Assembly (NCBI GenBank): GCA_965198115.1
Contig: OZ240241.1
Coordinates: forward strand, 2,592,001-2,656,000
Direction: 5' to 3'
DNA: 64,000 nt
Origin: Candidatus Latescibacterota bacterium
GTDB taxonomy: Bacteria > Latescibacterota > UBA2968
Shown piece after piece: positions 21,943 through 32,106 of this stretch. The first letter of the stretch is position 1; the number at the start of each line of letters is the position of its first letter. The translations under genes and the position numbers were made by a program. The notes beneath the pieces were generated by a model. That model ran no database searches. It saw only the letters and a list, made by a program, of their open reading frames with translations, and had not been told where the DNA came from.

Positions 21943-23172
21943 TTAGGCATTCGCGATTCGCGGGTTCGGGCGACTGAACGACCCCGGCACATACGGAAAC
22001 GCCTTTTCCACATCGTCAATCAGCTCGACCCCGTAGCCCGGCTTGTCGGGCAAGGACATAATTCCGTTCTCCACCGTCAGCGGCTCTTTGAAGATGCCTT
22101 CTTTCAGCGGATTGCATGTCTGATTCAGCTCACAGTATTCGCGGTTGGGGATGGCCGCGACGAAGTGCGCGTTGGCCATCGTCGTACCGCCACCGTGCCA
22201 GTTGTGCGGGATACTCGTGATGCCATGCAGATGTGCCATCCGAGCGATCGTCCAGTTCTCCAGGACGCCGGTCACGTTACAGTCGGTCTGCACGATGTCC
22301 AGAGCACGGCGGTCCAGCCATTCCTGCGTTTCGAAGCGATCGATGAAGCGCTCACCTCCCGACACGCGCACGGTGGGCATCGCCTCCTTCAACCGCAAGA
22401 ACAGCTCGATGTGTTCGAGTTGAGTACCTCCGAACGCCTCCTCGAACCAATAGAACCCGAGGTCTTCGAGAACCGGCGCGAAGTCGGTAATGATCGCTTC
22501 GAGGGATCCAAGGCTCGTCCCCAAACCTTCGTGCATCAGCCTGAAATCGGGCCCGACGGCTTCGCGCAGGCGCCGCAAGATCGGGACGTATCGATCGAAC
22601 GTCATTCCGGCGTGCGTCCAATCTGTCCCGGGGCGAAATTTGAAGGCGTCGTAGCCCTCCTCTTTGTAACGCAGCGCTTCCTCGATCAGAAACCGATCGC
22701 CATCGGCATACCACTCGTGCTCGACGCCCGCGCTCGCGTAAATCTTGATGTTCCGCTCGGGCTGTCCATCCGTGCAGAGAACTTCATAGACAGGCTTGTC
22801 CAATGACTTGCCGATGAGGTCCCAGCACGCAGTCTCAATCCCCGCCCAGGGCGCCCGGTTGTGGCGAGAGTCGGTCCCGCGGTTCGCCAGGAATTCCACA
22901 TCGAACGGATTCTTTCCAATCAGAAGGGGTCGAATCGTCTCTTCGGTGTACGACTTGATCTCCGCAGGATTTTCGTAGGGCGTACCCTCGCCGGTGCCCA
23001 CCAACCCTTCATTCGTGAAAATCTGGGTGATGGCCCCGTCTGTCTTCCATACCTGATAGGTCGCGCATCGCCACAGATTCTTGTCCGGGTCCACGTAGGA
23101 CAGGGGCAATACCCGAACATCACGAATCGTCAGCTTCTGTCGTTCGATCCCGTCGAGAGGATGGTTCCGCAT
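21943..23172 (-). CDS. Mandelate racemase/muconate lactonizing (enolase superfamily) enzyme
   Basis: GIETACWDLIGK, FKFR, WFEE, SGGE, PHNW, PGYGVE. Confidence 0.85.
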   Translation of the reverse strand: MRNHPLDGIERQKLTIRDVRVLPLSYVDPDKNLWRCATYQVWKTDGAITQIFTNEGLVGTGEGTPYENPAEIKSYTEETIRPLLIGKNPFDVEFLANRGTDSRHNRAPWAGIETACWDLIGKSLDKPVYEVLCTDGQPERNIKIYASAGVEHEWYADGDRFLIEEALRYKEEGYDAFKFRPGTDWTHAGMTFDRYVPILRRLREAVGPDFRLMHEGLGTSLGSLEAIITDFAPVLEDLGFYWFEEAFGGTQLEHIELFLRLKEAMPTVRVSGGERFIDRFETQEWLDRRALDIVQTDCNVTGVLENWTIARMAHLHGITSIPHNWHGGGTTMANAHFVAAIPNREYCELNQTCNPLKEGIFKEPLTVENGIMSLPDKPGYGVELIDDVEKAFPYVPGSFSRPNPRIANA

Positions 23173-23374
23173 CAACTGCTCCCTATCATCACGACAAGTC
23201 AGTGGCCACGAAGGTAATCTCTTGCCAGTCTCCTGCTCGGAGTGAAGCTTAGTTGCCGAGATGATCGCCACGGACCCACAAGGAATGCCCTCAAGTGGCG
23301 GGGCACAACCACCTCGCGTAGGGGTAGGCGCGACGTCCCGCAGACGCAGGGTGCCAGATCGAAGGGAGATGACT

Positions 23375-24031
23375 ATGGCAGGTGAGGATCTCAAACAGAA
23401 AATTCGTGATGGAAAGGCCATCAAGTCGGCTGGGGTACCGATCACCGCAACCAAGGGCGATCTGGAGAATGCACTCGAAGACGGTCCCATCGATCTGTTT
23501 CGCATCGACTGCCAGCACGGGCCATACAGCGAGATCCATCTGATGGAGATCTGTCTCGCAGCCAAAGATCTGGATGTGCCCGTCGGCATTCGCATGAAAC
23601 ATAACCGTCTTGCGTTCATGATTGGCGTGATACTCGATCTGGGCCCCCTGCTGATCCAGGTTCCCCAGGTGGAAGATGAGGAGACCGTTAATGAAGCCCT
23701 GAATGCGTTCTATTACTCACCGGTCGGCAAGCGTGGTTGGGGTGGGACTGCACAGACCCGCTACGGGCTCGAGGGCCACGAGGATCAGGACGACTACGTG
23801 GAGTACTGGAACACGCACGGCGTCCTTACGATTCAGCTCGAGTCAGTCAACGCCATAACGAATGCACGACACCTGGCCAAACCCGGCGTCGATGCGCTCG
23901 TTTTCGGGCCGAATGACCTCAAGTTGGACCTAAAACGTTATCCGAATCATCCGTTCAAGACGGCTGACGAATGCATCGCTCACGTGGAAGAGCAGATGAA
24001 GGGGAGTGATGTCCGGGTGGGGCTGGGATAG
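23375..24031 (+). CDS. HpcH/HpaI family aldolase
   Basis: IDCQHGP, ILDLGP..I.VPQVE, GKRGWG, QLES, FGPNDL. Confidence 0.85.
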   Translation: MAGEDLKQKIRDGKAIKSAGVPITATKGDLENALEDGPIDLFRIDCQHGPYSEIHLMEICLAAKDLDVPVGIRMKHNRLAFMIGVILDLGPLLIQVPQVEDEETVNEALNAFYYSPVGKRGWGGTAQTRYGLEGHEDQDDYVEYWNTHGVLTIQLESVNAITNARHLAKPGVDALVFGPNDLKLDLKRYPNHPFKTADECIAHVEEQMKGSDVRVGLG

Positions 24032-24045
24032 CGAGGGGCGTAGTG

Positions 24046-25554
24046 ATGGCCGATCGACCCAATATCCTCTTCATCATCTCAGACCAGATGGTCGCTGCGC
24101 TGACGGGCGCGTACGGGCACCCGGTCGTAAAGACGCCACACCTGGAGCGCCTTGCCGAACAGGGCGTTCGCTTCGACTCCGCCTACACACCGTTTCCGCT
24201 CTGCTCTCCCGGTCGAGCCTGCGTGATGACCGGCCGTCACGCATCGGAGATTGGCGCGTGGGATAACGGCGCTCTCCTCGCGGCCGATCAAGTGACCTTT
24301 GCCCACTACCTCTCCAACGCCGGATACGACACCGTCCTGTCGGGCAAGATGCATTTCGTCGGGCCCGATCAGCTACACGGGTTCCAGCGTCGCCTGACCA
24401 CCGACATCTATTCGTGTCACTTCAACTGGGTGAAACCCGAGTGGATCCGCATCAAGGAAACGAAGGGACGAGATTGCGAGGAGGTGATGGCCGACCGGGC
24501 CTCCTACAACGCCAGGGGATACACGGGCGATGCCGTCCGCATCGACGAGTGGCACAACGCGCTCAGCTATGACGAGGAAGTCCACTTCCGGTCGATCGAG
24601 TTCCTTCGCTCGAAGGCACGGAAACCGGAGGATGGACCCTTCCTTCTCTGCGCATCCTATCACCACCCCCACGAACCGTTTCTACCTCCGCAGGAATATT
24701 GGGATCTCTACGAAGGCGAAGAAATCGCAATCCCCGACTTTCCTGACAACCTGGACGACACCTACTCGCTCCTCGACAGGAACCTCAACGCCTATCACGG
24801 AACGCGAAGGTATGATCTCCGCGATCCGGATGGTCTACGTCGACTGCGGAGGGCGTATTATGGTCTGACCACGTATATGGATCGAAAAGTGGGCGAATTA
24901 CTCGACGTGCTCGACGAGACGGGTCTGGCGGACGACACGGTCGTGGTCTTCGCGAGCGATCACGGTGATATGCTCTGTGAGAAGGAGATGGTGCAGAAGC
25001 GATGTTTTTACGAGCCGTCCTGCCAGGTGCCATTCATCGTCCGCTTTCCAGACGGATGGAAGGGTGGGACAACCACACAAATGCCCGTCTCGCTGATCGA
25101 CCTTCTGCCGACGTTCTGCGAGCTGGCAGGCGAAGAAGCATCCTTACCGCACGACGGCGACAGCCTGATCGGCCTGCTCGAGAACGAGGATAACAATCGA
25201 TTGGTCTTCGCTCAGGCGCACGAGGCCGTGGGCGGCCCGTGTCTGATGGCGAGGCAGGGGTCGTACAAATACAACTACATCCACGGGGACGAGGACCAGC
25301 TGTTCGAGATTCATAATGATCCAGGCGAGTGGAACAATCTGATCGTCAGCGAGAATCACGCCGAGATCGCTTCAGATCTCCGTGGTAGGATCCTGGATCG
25401 TTTCGATCCGGACAGTATGGCGACGGAAAACCTGGAGAGCCTCTACCGTCGTGCCTACATCCACCTCGCAATGACGGCGAATGACACATACTGGGATCAC
25501 TTCCCCAACTTCGATGCTCGGAAGGGCGCGCTGGATCAGTATCTGTCTTCGTAA
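24046..25554 (+). CDS. Cys-type sulfatase, choline-sulfatase-like
   Basis: PNILFIISDQ, CSPGR (CxPxR), GKMHFVGPDQLHGF, SDHG, BetC-like C-terminal tail. Confidence 0.85.
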   Translation: MADRPNILFIISDQMVAALTGAYGHPVVKTPHLERLAEQGVRFDSAYTPFPLCSPGRACVMTGRHASEIGAWDNGALLAADQVTFAHYLSNAGYDTVLSGKMHFVGPDQLHGFQRRLTTDIYSCHFNWVKPEWIRIKETKGRDCEEVMADRASYNARGYTGDAVRIDEWHNALSYDEEVHFRSIEFLRSKARKPEDGPFLLCASYHHPHEPFLPPQEYWDLYEGEEIAIPDFPDNLDDTYSLLDRNLNAYHGTRRYDLRDPDGLRRLRRAYYGLTTYMDRKVGELLDVLDETGLADDTVVVFASDHGDMLCEKEMVQKRCFYEPSCQVPFIVRFPDGWKGGTTTQMPVSLIDLLPTFCELAGEEASLPHDGDSLIGLLENEDNNRLVFAQAHEAVGGPCLMARQGSYKYNYIHGDEDQLFEIHNDPGEWNNLIVSENHAEIASDLRGRILDRFDPDSMATENLESLYRRAYIHLAMTANDTYWDHFPNFDARKGALDQYLSS

Positions 25555-25606
25555 GCTGTGATTACGAAATGTTGAGCCTACTCTAAACCGCTCCAGAGGA
25601 TGTGAA

Positions 25607-26970
25607 TTGAGTAAGCTGCCGTATCGTGTCGTTTACGACGAAGACAGCGTGCATTTCTTCAACAAGCGGTTGTCCGAATCCGCCACTCCGAAACACCTCG
25701 ATAGACTGGTGGACGAGGCTGTCGATGGAAGCGCGGATCTCTTCTTGCAATGTGCGTGCTATCACCGGGTCTTCTATCCGAGCGAGGTCTGGGACCCGGT
25801 ATGGGCAGAATTCGACAAGCACGGAACGAACTACGGGAAGGACAGCTGGTTAGCAGTCGCTGAGCAGATGTCGAGATTGAACGCGGCTGGCTGTGATTTT
25901 CTTCATCGGATTCTCGATCGATGCAAGACTCGTGAGATCGCCTGCGGCGTTACGATTCGGATGGACGATCTACACTTCCGGGGGCCGCAGACGCTGGGTG
26001 AGCATACCGACAATGCCAGGCTGGAAGCGCTCTACAAGAATACCGACCTGTATCTGTCTCATCCAGACGACATCCGCCACGGGGGTCGGTTCGCGTTCGA
26101 CTATGAGTGTCCCGAGGTCCGCGAGCACTACCTTGCCCTCATCCGCGAGCTCCTCGATCGGTACAACATTCGATGTCCTCGATCTGGACTTCGTGCGTCA
26201 CCCTCCGTTTTTCGACCGAGAAAATGTCAAAGACCCTTGCCGGATGATGACAAGTTTTCTCGAAGAAGTGCACCGGCTGGGAAGCGCCCGTGGACGCGTT
26301 TCGCTCCCTCGTCGGTCCGGATGTGTCCATCTACGCGGGGACCGAGCGCCAGGCGGGGAGGACCGTCCTCGAGAGTTCGGAAGCTGACGGATCGGTCGAA
26401 GCGTCGGCAACCCTCTGGACCAGGGAGATGTTTCGGGGGTTCGCGGCCGCTCACCTGGCGAACGGCGCCGACGGCGTTTACCTGTTCAACTTCTTCATCG
26501 GAAACACCAACCTCTTCGACGTCCTGGCAGAAATGAGGTCGCTCGAACAGTTGCGTGGAAAGGCGAAGACCTACCGCATCACATCCTACGGCGCAACCCA
26601 TAACGTGGAGGGAGACCTGCCGATGCAGGTTCCGGTTGTCGTTCCCTCGCTCGAAGCACGAAGGTTCGACCTGCTCCTGTCATCCGAACACGAGGCGATG
26701 GATGTGGAGGTTCACATCATTCTGGATCGCGGGACCGATCCGAACAGTTTGTGGTTGCAGGTGAACGACACCCCAACCGGTCACGCCGAGAGGATGAGTG
26801 GCGAGCCCGGTGAGAAGACCTACTCGTGGTGGGACATTCTCGATGGGGTGAGCACGGCGATCTACCGGACCTCCACTCGAGTGCTAAAGGACGGTCGAAA
26901 CCAGATCGTCTTCAGGAACGAAAGCAGCGTGCCTCTCACAGTCCTCGGTGTGGCTGTCCTCGTGCGCTGA
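25607..26970 (+). CDS. Glycoside hydrolase 10-like TIM-barrel protein with a C-terminal beta domain (frame breaks near 26168 and 26290)
   Basis: YDED, YPSEV, IRMDDLH, FDYECPEVREH, LDLDFVRH, GADGVYLFNF, LKDGRN. Confidence 0.6.
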
Positions 26971-27009
26971 CGATTGCCGTCGGACGTCACTCCCGTGACT
27001 GGTGTAGAT

Positions 27010-28299
27010 TCAGACTTCTCCCGCCTCCCGCCGCTTCACCATTTCGATCAGGCACAGGTCCGCCAGATCCACGCCAAGTGTATCGTCGATCACCTCCGCG
27101 TGTCGTTTGAGAAGATGCGCGAGTTCATCGATCACATCCGTGTAAGGCGGGAAGTGCAGATATTGGTTGTGTCCGTCCTCTCGCGGCGTCTTGTAGACGT
27201 TCAGTTCCTCTTCCGGGTCATTGACAAGATCGTAGAGCTCGTGAAGACCCATATACTTCCTCAACCCGCTCACCGGTCTCGTCAGGACGAGCTTCCACTC
27301 CTTCGTCCGGATGCACCGCTGCTCGGTGCGCGTGTCCCGGACGACGTTTTCCGTGTAATACGCATCCCGCCAATCGACCTCTTCCCCTTTCGTCAGAGGC
27401 ACGAGGCTTCGTCCGTGAAGATGATCGGGAATCTCCAGCCCTGCCCATTCCAGCACCGACGGCATCAAGTCCTGTAACCCGACGAACTCATCTATCGTCG
27501 TCCCGGGTACGATCTGTCCAGGCCAGCCGATGACCATCGGAACCTTAATCGAGTCCTCGTGGCACGTGAACTTGTGGTCGGAGCCACGATACGAGAAGTG
27601 ATCGCCGTGATCCGAGTAGTAAACGACGATCGTCTCCTCACACAGCCCCAACTCGTCGAGCGCCTCGATCAATCGCCCGACATTGTGGTCGATCGCACTG
27701 ACCGCCGCGTAGTAGCCGGCGTAGGGCACACCCTTGTCGCGATACGGATCGTAGAATCGTTTGGGTGCCGTATAGGGATCGTGAGGCGGATAGTAGCCAT
27801 TCACGGCGAAAAACGGTTTCCCGCTCCCGGCCTGCTCCTCAATGAAAGCGATCATCTGGTCCGTTTGCAGGTCGGGCTTGTAGACGCCGTCACGCTTGTT
27901 GTCGACCCAGTGTCCACCGAGCGAATTCCATCCCTCCCACACGTCGAACATCCCTGGGTCCTTCTCACCCAGATGCCACTTCCCGAAGTAGGCCGTCGTG
28001 TATCCCGAGTCGCGCATCGACTCGAAAACGGTGCGCTGCTCGTGCGACGTCTCCTTCAGCAGATTGTCCATCCCGTAGGTATTGTAGATCACCTGGTGCG
28101 CGTGTGGATACACACCCGTCCACATCGTGGCTCGTGCGGGTGTACACACCGGCCACGGCGTAAAGCTGTTCATGCAGTTCGCCCCACCAGCTGCCAGCCG
28201 GTCCACATTCGGCGTTTCCACGAACGTGTTCCCGTTGCACCCCAGACTGTCCCAGCGCTGTTGGTCGGTCATCAGCAGAATGATGTTGGGTCGTGGCAT
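27010..28299 (-). CDS. Cys-type sulfatase
   Basis: PNIILLMTDQQR, CTPAR, GKWHL, PPHDP, SDHG. Confidence 0.9.
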   Translation of the reverse strand: MPRPNIILLMTDQQRWDSLGCNGNTFVETPNVDRLAAGGANCMNSFTPWPVCTPARATMWTGVYPHAHQVIYNTYGMDNLLKETSHEQRTVFESMRDSGYTTAYFGKWHLGEKDPGMFDVWEGWNSLGGHWVDNKRDGVYKPDLQTDQMIAFIEEQAGSGKPFFAVNGYYPPHDPYTAPKRFYDPYRDKGVPYAGYYAAVSAIDHNVGRLIEALDELGLCEETIVVYYSDHGDHFSYRGSDHKFTCHEDSIKVPMVIGWPGQIVPGTTIDEFVGLQDLMPSVLEWAGLEIPDHLHGRSLVPLTKGEEVDWRDAYYTENVVRDTRTEQRCIRTKEWKLVLTRPVSGLRKYMGLHELYDLVNDPEEELNVYKTPREDGHNQYLHFPPYTDVIDELAHLLKRHAEVIDDTLGVDLADLCLIEMVKRREAGEV

Positions 28300-28309
28300 A
28301 ATCTCCCTT

Positions 28310-29245
28310 TCACTGCTTGAGCGCGTCGTCGGGTAGAAAGGCGTGAACACCCCGCGTCCCGTTGACGATCTGCGTGATGCTCAGATCCACGACGAGACTG
28401 GCCAGCGCGAGCGCTTCCGCCCTTTCCAAGCTGTGCTCGTCGCACATCAGATCGAGCATCGAGTTCAGCGCGATCATCGTCGCTTCGTTCAGGTCTTCGT
28501 GGAGCCCCATCGTCAGCCATCCACCGTCGATACGAGCACGCGGCGTGGCGATCTGCATATCCTTTCGCACCACGAAGGTCAGGTCCACGATTTCCATCGG
28601 GCACTCGATGGCCACACCGGACACTTCCCCGTCTCCCTGCACGGCGTGACCGTCGCCCGTGGAAAAGAGGGCCCCGTCTACGGGTATGGGCAGAAAGAGC
28701 GTGGTTCCCGCAACGAGTTCCTTGCAGTCCAGATTGCCACCGGAGTTTCTCGGAGGGCCGGTCGAATGAACGCCTGACTCACCAGGAGGCATGCCCATCA
28801 CACCCATGAAAGGACGAAGAGCGACCGTGTGCCCATCCTGGCTTCGCCCGATACCCTCGTCCGCATCGAGTTTCCAGTAAAGCTTGCACTCCTCACCATC
28901 CGGGATACCCAGTTTCTCGCCTCGCCCGCCGCCTCGGCCCCCTCCTCCCCACCCCCAGATGCCTACACGAATCTCTTCGATTCGGACCTCGAGGACGTCT
29001 CCGACCGATGCGCCGCGCACCTCGACCGGTCCGCAGAGGGCGTGACCGTCGTCCTTGCCCTTTTCGCGGGGCTCAAACTTCACGGCTTCGGTGTCTTCGG
29101 AGAATCTCGGCTCGATCGTCCAGCTGGCGTCGAGCGTCTCGAATCTCACTGTATCTCCCGACTCGATCGTCAGAACAGGAGCAAGATCCGGTGAAAAGTG
29201 ACCGTGCAGGGTTCTGCGCTCGGGTACGATCGTATGGTGGCCCAT
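28310..29245 (-). CDS. Acetamidase/formamidase family protein
   Basis: HALCGP, GGNLDC, GDGHAVQGDGEVSGVAIE. Confidence 0.9.
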   Translation of the reverse strand: MGHHTIVPERRTLHGHFSPDLAPVLTIESGDTVRFETLDASWTIEPRFSEDTEAVKFEPREKGKDDGHALCGPVEVRGASVGDVLEVRIEEIRVGIWGWGGGGRGGGRGEKLGIPDGEECKLYWKLDADEGIGRSQDGHTVALRPFMGVMGMPPGESGVHSTGPPRNSGGNLDCKELVAGTTLFLPIPVDGALFSTGDGHAVQGDGEVSGVAIECPMEIVDLTFVVRKDMQIATPRARIDGGWLTMGLHEDLNEATMIALNSMLDLMCDEHSLERAEALALASLVVDLSITQIVNGTRGVHAFLPDDALKQ

Positions 29246-29276
29246 TCAAGACCTCCCTGAGGTCGAATCTCTGGTC

Positions 29277-30434
29277 CTACAACTCGTGCACGATCTCCCA
29301 CGTCGTATGCTTCTCGACGTAGTCCCAGTCATAGGTGACCCCCAGACCGGGCCCCGACGGGACGGGCACACACCCGTCCTGACCGACGGCACCGGGGAAA
29401 CCGTCGAAATAGTCATCGGCGTAGATTGGCGGCTCGAACGTGGGTACGTCGGGATGCGTCCAGCCGTACTCGTAGTAATTCGTGTTTCGTGTGGCCGACA
29501 TCAGATGGCGATGCGCGGGACCCTGACCGTGATACTCGATGTCCACGCCGATCGATTCGCACGCGTGTGCAAGCTTGAGCGTCCCCGTAATGCCATCGAT
29601 CGGAGCGTCGCCTCGAACGAAATCAGTGGCTCCCGCCAGCATTGCCATCCGTTCCTGCCAGGACTTGATCTTCTCGCCCATCAATAGCGGTGTCTTGACA
29701 AACTCTTTCAATTTCTTGTGACCGAACGGCGTGACGCCGCCATCGCTGTAAGGATCCTCGTACCAGAAGTAATCGTATGCGTCGCACGCCTTACCGACTC
29801 GAATGGCGTCAGCGAGCGATCGGTAGTGGCAGTAGGAATCCATCATCAGGTCCATCTTGTCCCCGACGCGCTTACCGACTTCTTCCACGACCCTCACGTG
29901 TGACGCGACATCGGGCCACGGATGGGGATGGATCTTGAATGCCCGGACGCCGTGATCGTAGCACATCTCCGCCCAGTCTGCGAATTCCTCGATCTTCGAC
30001 ATAAAGCCCTTGGCCGCCCCGTCGATCGACGCGGGATAGACAGGCAGGCGATCTTTGTAGCCGCCGATCATCTTTCCAATCGACATCCCCGCCAGCTTCC
30101 CAGCCAGGTCCCACAAGGCGATGTCGACGAACGCCCTTGCGTTCGGATCGTTTTGCACGTGGTAAAGGCGCAGGTCGCTGGCGATTCGCTCACGCTCCAG
30201 ACCGTCCGTCCCAAGAATCGGTTTGATCGCCCCGGCAATCGCTCGCGCATTCCCGCCCTTCACGTATTCACCGATCACCCCCTCTTTCGTAACGAGTTTG
30301 AGGGCTGCGCCCGTTCGCGTCGATGTGACGTCCGGATCGAAAATCGGCTTGTTGTCCTTGCTGAAGGAAAGGCCTTTCACATCCCAAGTGAATGCGCGAA
30401 CCTCCGAGCGAACCAGCGTCGTGTCTGCGGCCAT
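29277..30434 (-). CDS. Mandelate racemase/muconate lactonizing (enolase superfamily) enzyme
   Basis: VDIALWDLAGK, FKIH, LMMD, WYEDP, MGE, PGLGV. Confidence 0.85.
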   Translation of the reverse strand: MAADTTLVRSEVRAFTWDVKGLSFSKDNKPIFDPDVTSTRTGAALKLVTKEGVIGEYVKGGNARAIAGAIKPILGTDGLERERIASDLRLYHVQNDPNARAFVDIALWDLAGKLAGMSIGKMIGGYKDRLPVYPASIDGAAKGFMSKIEEFADWAEMCYDHGVRAFKIHPHPWPDVASHVRVVEEVGKRVGDKMDLMMDSYCHYRSLADAIRVGKACDAYDYFWYEDPYSDGGVTPFGHKKLKEFVKTPLLMGEKIKSWQERMAMLAGATDFVRGDAPIDGITGTLKLAHACESIGVDIEYHGQGPAHRHLMSATRNTNYYEYGWTHPDVPTFEPPIYADDYFDGFPGAVGQDGCVPVPSGPGLGVTYDWDYVEKHTTWEIVHEL

Positions 30435-30617
30435 CGATCCTCCTCCTATCAGGAGCCCAACATTCCTTTGCAGCTTGCCTGGCTTGGGTAGAACAGTCGA
30501 CAGAAGCGGGCCATCGATCCACGACTGGCGAACATAAACGTTATGAGTATCAGACAGTAATTCAGCTGTCACATCAATTAATGACCGTCGATCCAGCTTT
30601 GACTAACACGGCGAGAA

Positions 30618-30870
30618 TTGGAGTCAGCATTGATTACTGCAAAGATCGGCCGACGAGGTCAGATGACATTGCCACAAGAAATTCGGGATCGCATCGAAGT
30701 AAGTGAAGGGGACAGAATCGGATTTGTGAGGCAGGGCGGGAAAACAGTCGTCGTCCCCTTGCGGCATACGCTGTTACATATGCGCGGGAGTGTGAAAGTC
30801 TCAGAGAAGGCAGGAATTCAGTACGGTTCGGAGGGAAGTCAGATATCGCCTGACGCGCGTTGAGGGATAG
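30618..30870 (+). CDS. AbrB/MazE/SpoVT family DNA-binding protein (probable frameshift near 30808)
   Basis: KIGRRGQMTLPQEIRD...GDRIGF; an alternative frame gives a more typical QEFSTVRREV tail. Confidence 0.75.
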
Positions 30871-30902
30871 TAGGTGCTCTCGCCGACACATAGGAGCTCG
30901 TC

Positions 30903-32003
30903 CTAGCCAGTAACAGCTCCAAGCACCCGTTCGGCGAATCCATCGAAGTAATCCGCGCTCATCCATCGGATGACGACCACCATATCCATCTCCGGCGCCA
31001 CCCAGACGCGGTTGGCCCCGGCCCCTCCGTGATAAAAATGGCTCGCAGACGCACTGGGGAAGAGCTCACGGTCCGTATTCAGGAAGTAATTCATGAAGCC
31101 ATACGTCGGCCGTAGTTCCGTCGGCGTCAGGGCCTGCTCGATCCATCCCTCCGACAGGATCTGACGATCGCCCCACCGCCCACGCCGCAGCGTGAGGTGG
31201 CCGAAACGCGCGTGATCTCGCGCGCTGATCCACATTCCCCCACCCCAATGTCCACCGCCGCTGACCGATTGCACCCGCTCACCATCGATCTCGACATAGG
31301 AGTTGTCGTAGCCGTTCCAAACCCACGTATCGGATGCCCCGATCGGATCCAACACCTCTTCCTTCAGCACCTCCGGCAGCGGCCGATTCCACACTCGAAG
31401 CAATGAAAGCGCGAATCGGTTGACGCGTACGTCATTGTATTCGTAGCGCGTCCCTGGTGGTACGGGCTTGAGGTAGACGTCATCCGTGTTGCCCGCCGAA
31501 AATGGCTTATTCCACATTGTGCCGTCCCATTCCGTGATTTGGCGAAGCGAGTGATCCCACGTAATCTGCGCGTTGTGCTCAGAGCCGTAACCGCCGTCGT
31601 CCACGTAATCCACAACGCGATCGTCCAGATCCTTGATCAATCCCCGGTCCCACGCCAACCCGGCCGTCGTCGAAAGGAAGCTCTTCGAAATACTGAACGT
31701 CATATCAACACGTTCGGGCTCACCCCACTCGGCTACGATCGAACCGTTGCGAATCACAACGCCCGTTATGGGTCCGTGGGTCTTAGTCGGTCCCAGGATC
31801 ACACCGTCGTCGTATTTCTTAGAGCCGTGTTCTTTCGCGAGATGAGCGGCCAGATCGGGTGGACTGCCGGCACGTGAAGGGTCCTGCGTGTATTCAATGG
31901 CTTCCTGCAGTCCGGCCGGATCGAACCCGGCCTCCTCCGGAGGCGTGAACGCCCACGTGTTCTCCGGTTTAGGATCGTGTTGAACTTCGGCCACATTCGT
32001 CAT
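30903..32003 (-). CDS. Serine hydrolase (beta-lactamase-related family)
   Basis: SISK (SxxK), YEYND, SGGGHWGGG, SARDHARFG. Confidence 0.85.
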   Translation of the reverse strand: MTNVAEVQHDPKPENTWAFTPPEEAGFDPAGLQEAIEYTQDPSRAGSPPDLAAHLAKEHGSKKYDDGVILGPTKTHGPITGVVIRNGSIVAEWGEPERVDMTFSISKSFLSTTAGLAWDRGLIKDLDDRVVDYVDDGGYGSEHNAQITWDHSLRQITEWDGTMWNKPFSAGNTDDVYLKPVPPGTRYEYNDVRVNRFALSLLRVWNRPLPEVLKEEVLDPIGASDTWVWNGYDNSYVEIDGERVQSVSGGGHWGGGMWISARDHARFGHLTLRRGRWGDRQILSEGWIEQALTPTELRPTYGFMNYFLNTDRELFPSASASHFYHGGAGANRVWVAPEMDMVVVIRWMSADYFDGFAERVLGAVTG

Positions 32004-32106
32004 TCGAACCTCCGCGCACAGGTAAGGATCATTCCTTCACGGCCGCTTTCGCAGCCCCAATCAATACGTCAGGAGCTGTCTCCCTCCGATAGAGTCTCGG
32101 GCGAAA

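Noticed and set aside
30903-32003. Beta-lactam resistance gene
   Set aside because: SxxK family membership alone does not imply beta-lactamase activity; there is no signal peptide and it resembles cytoplasmic amide/ester hydrolases
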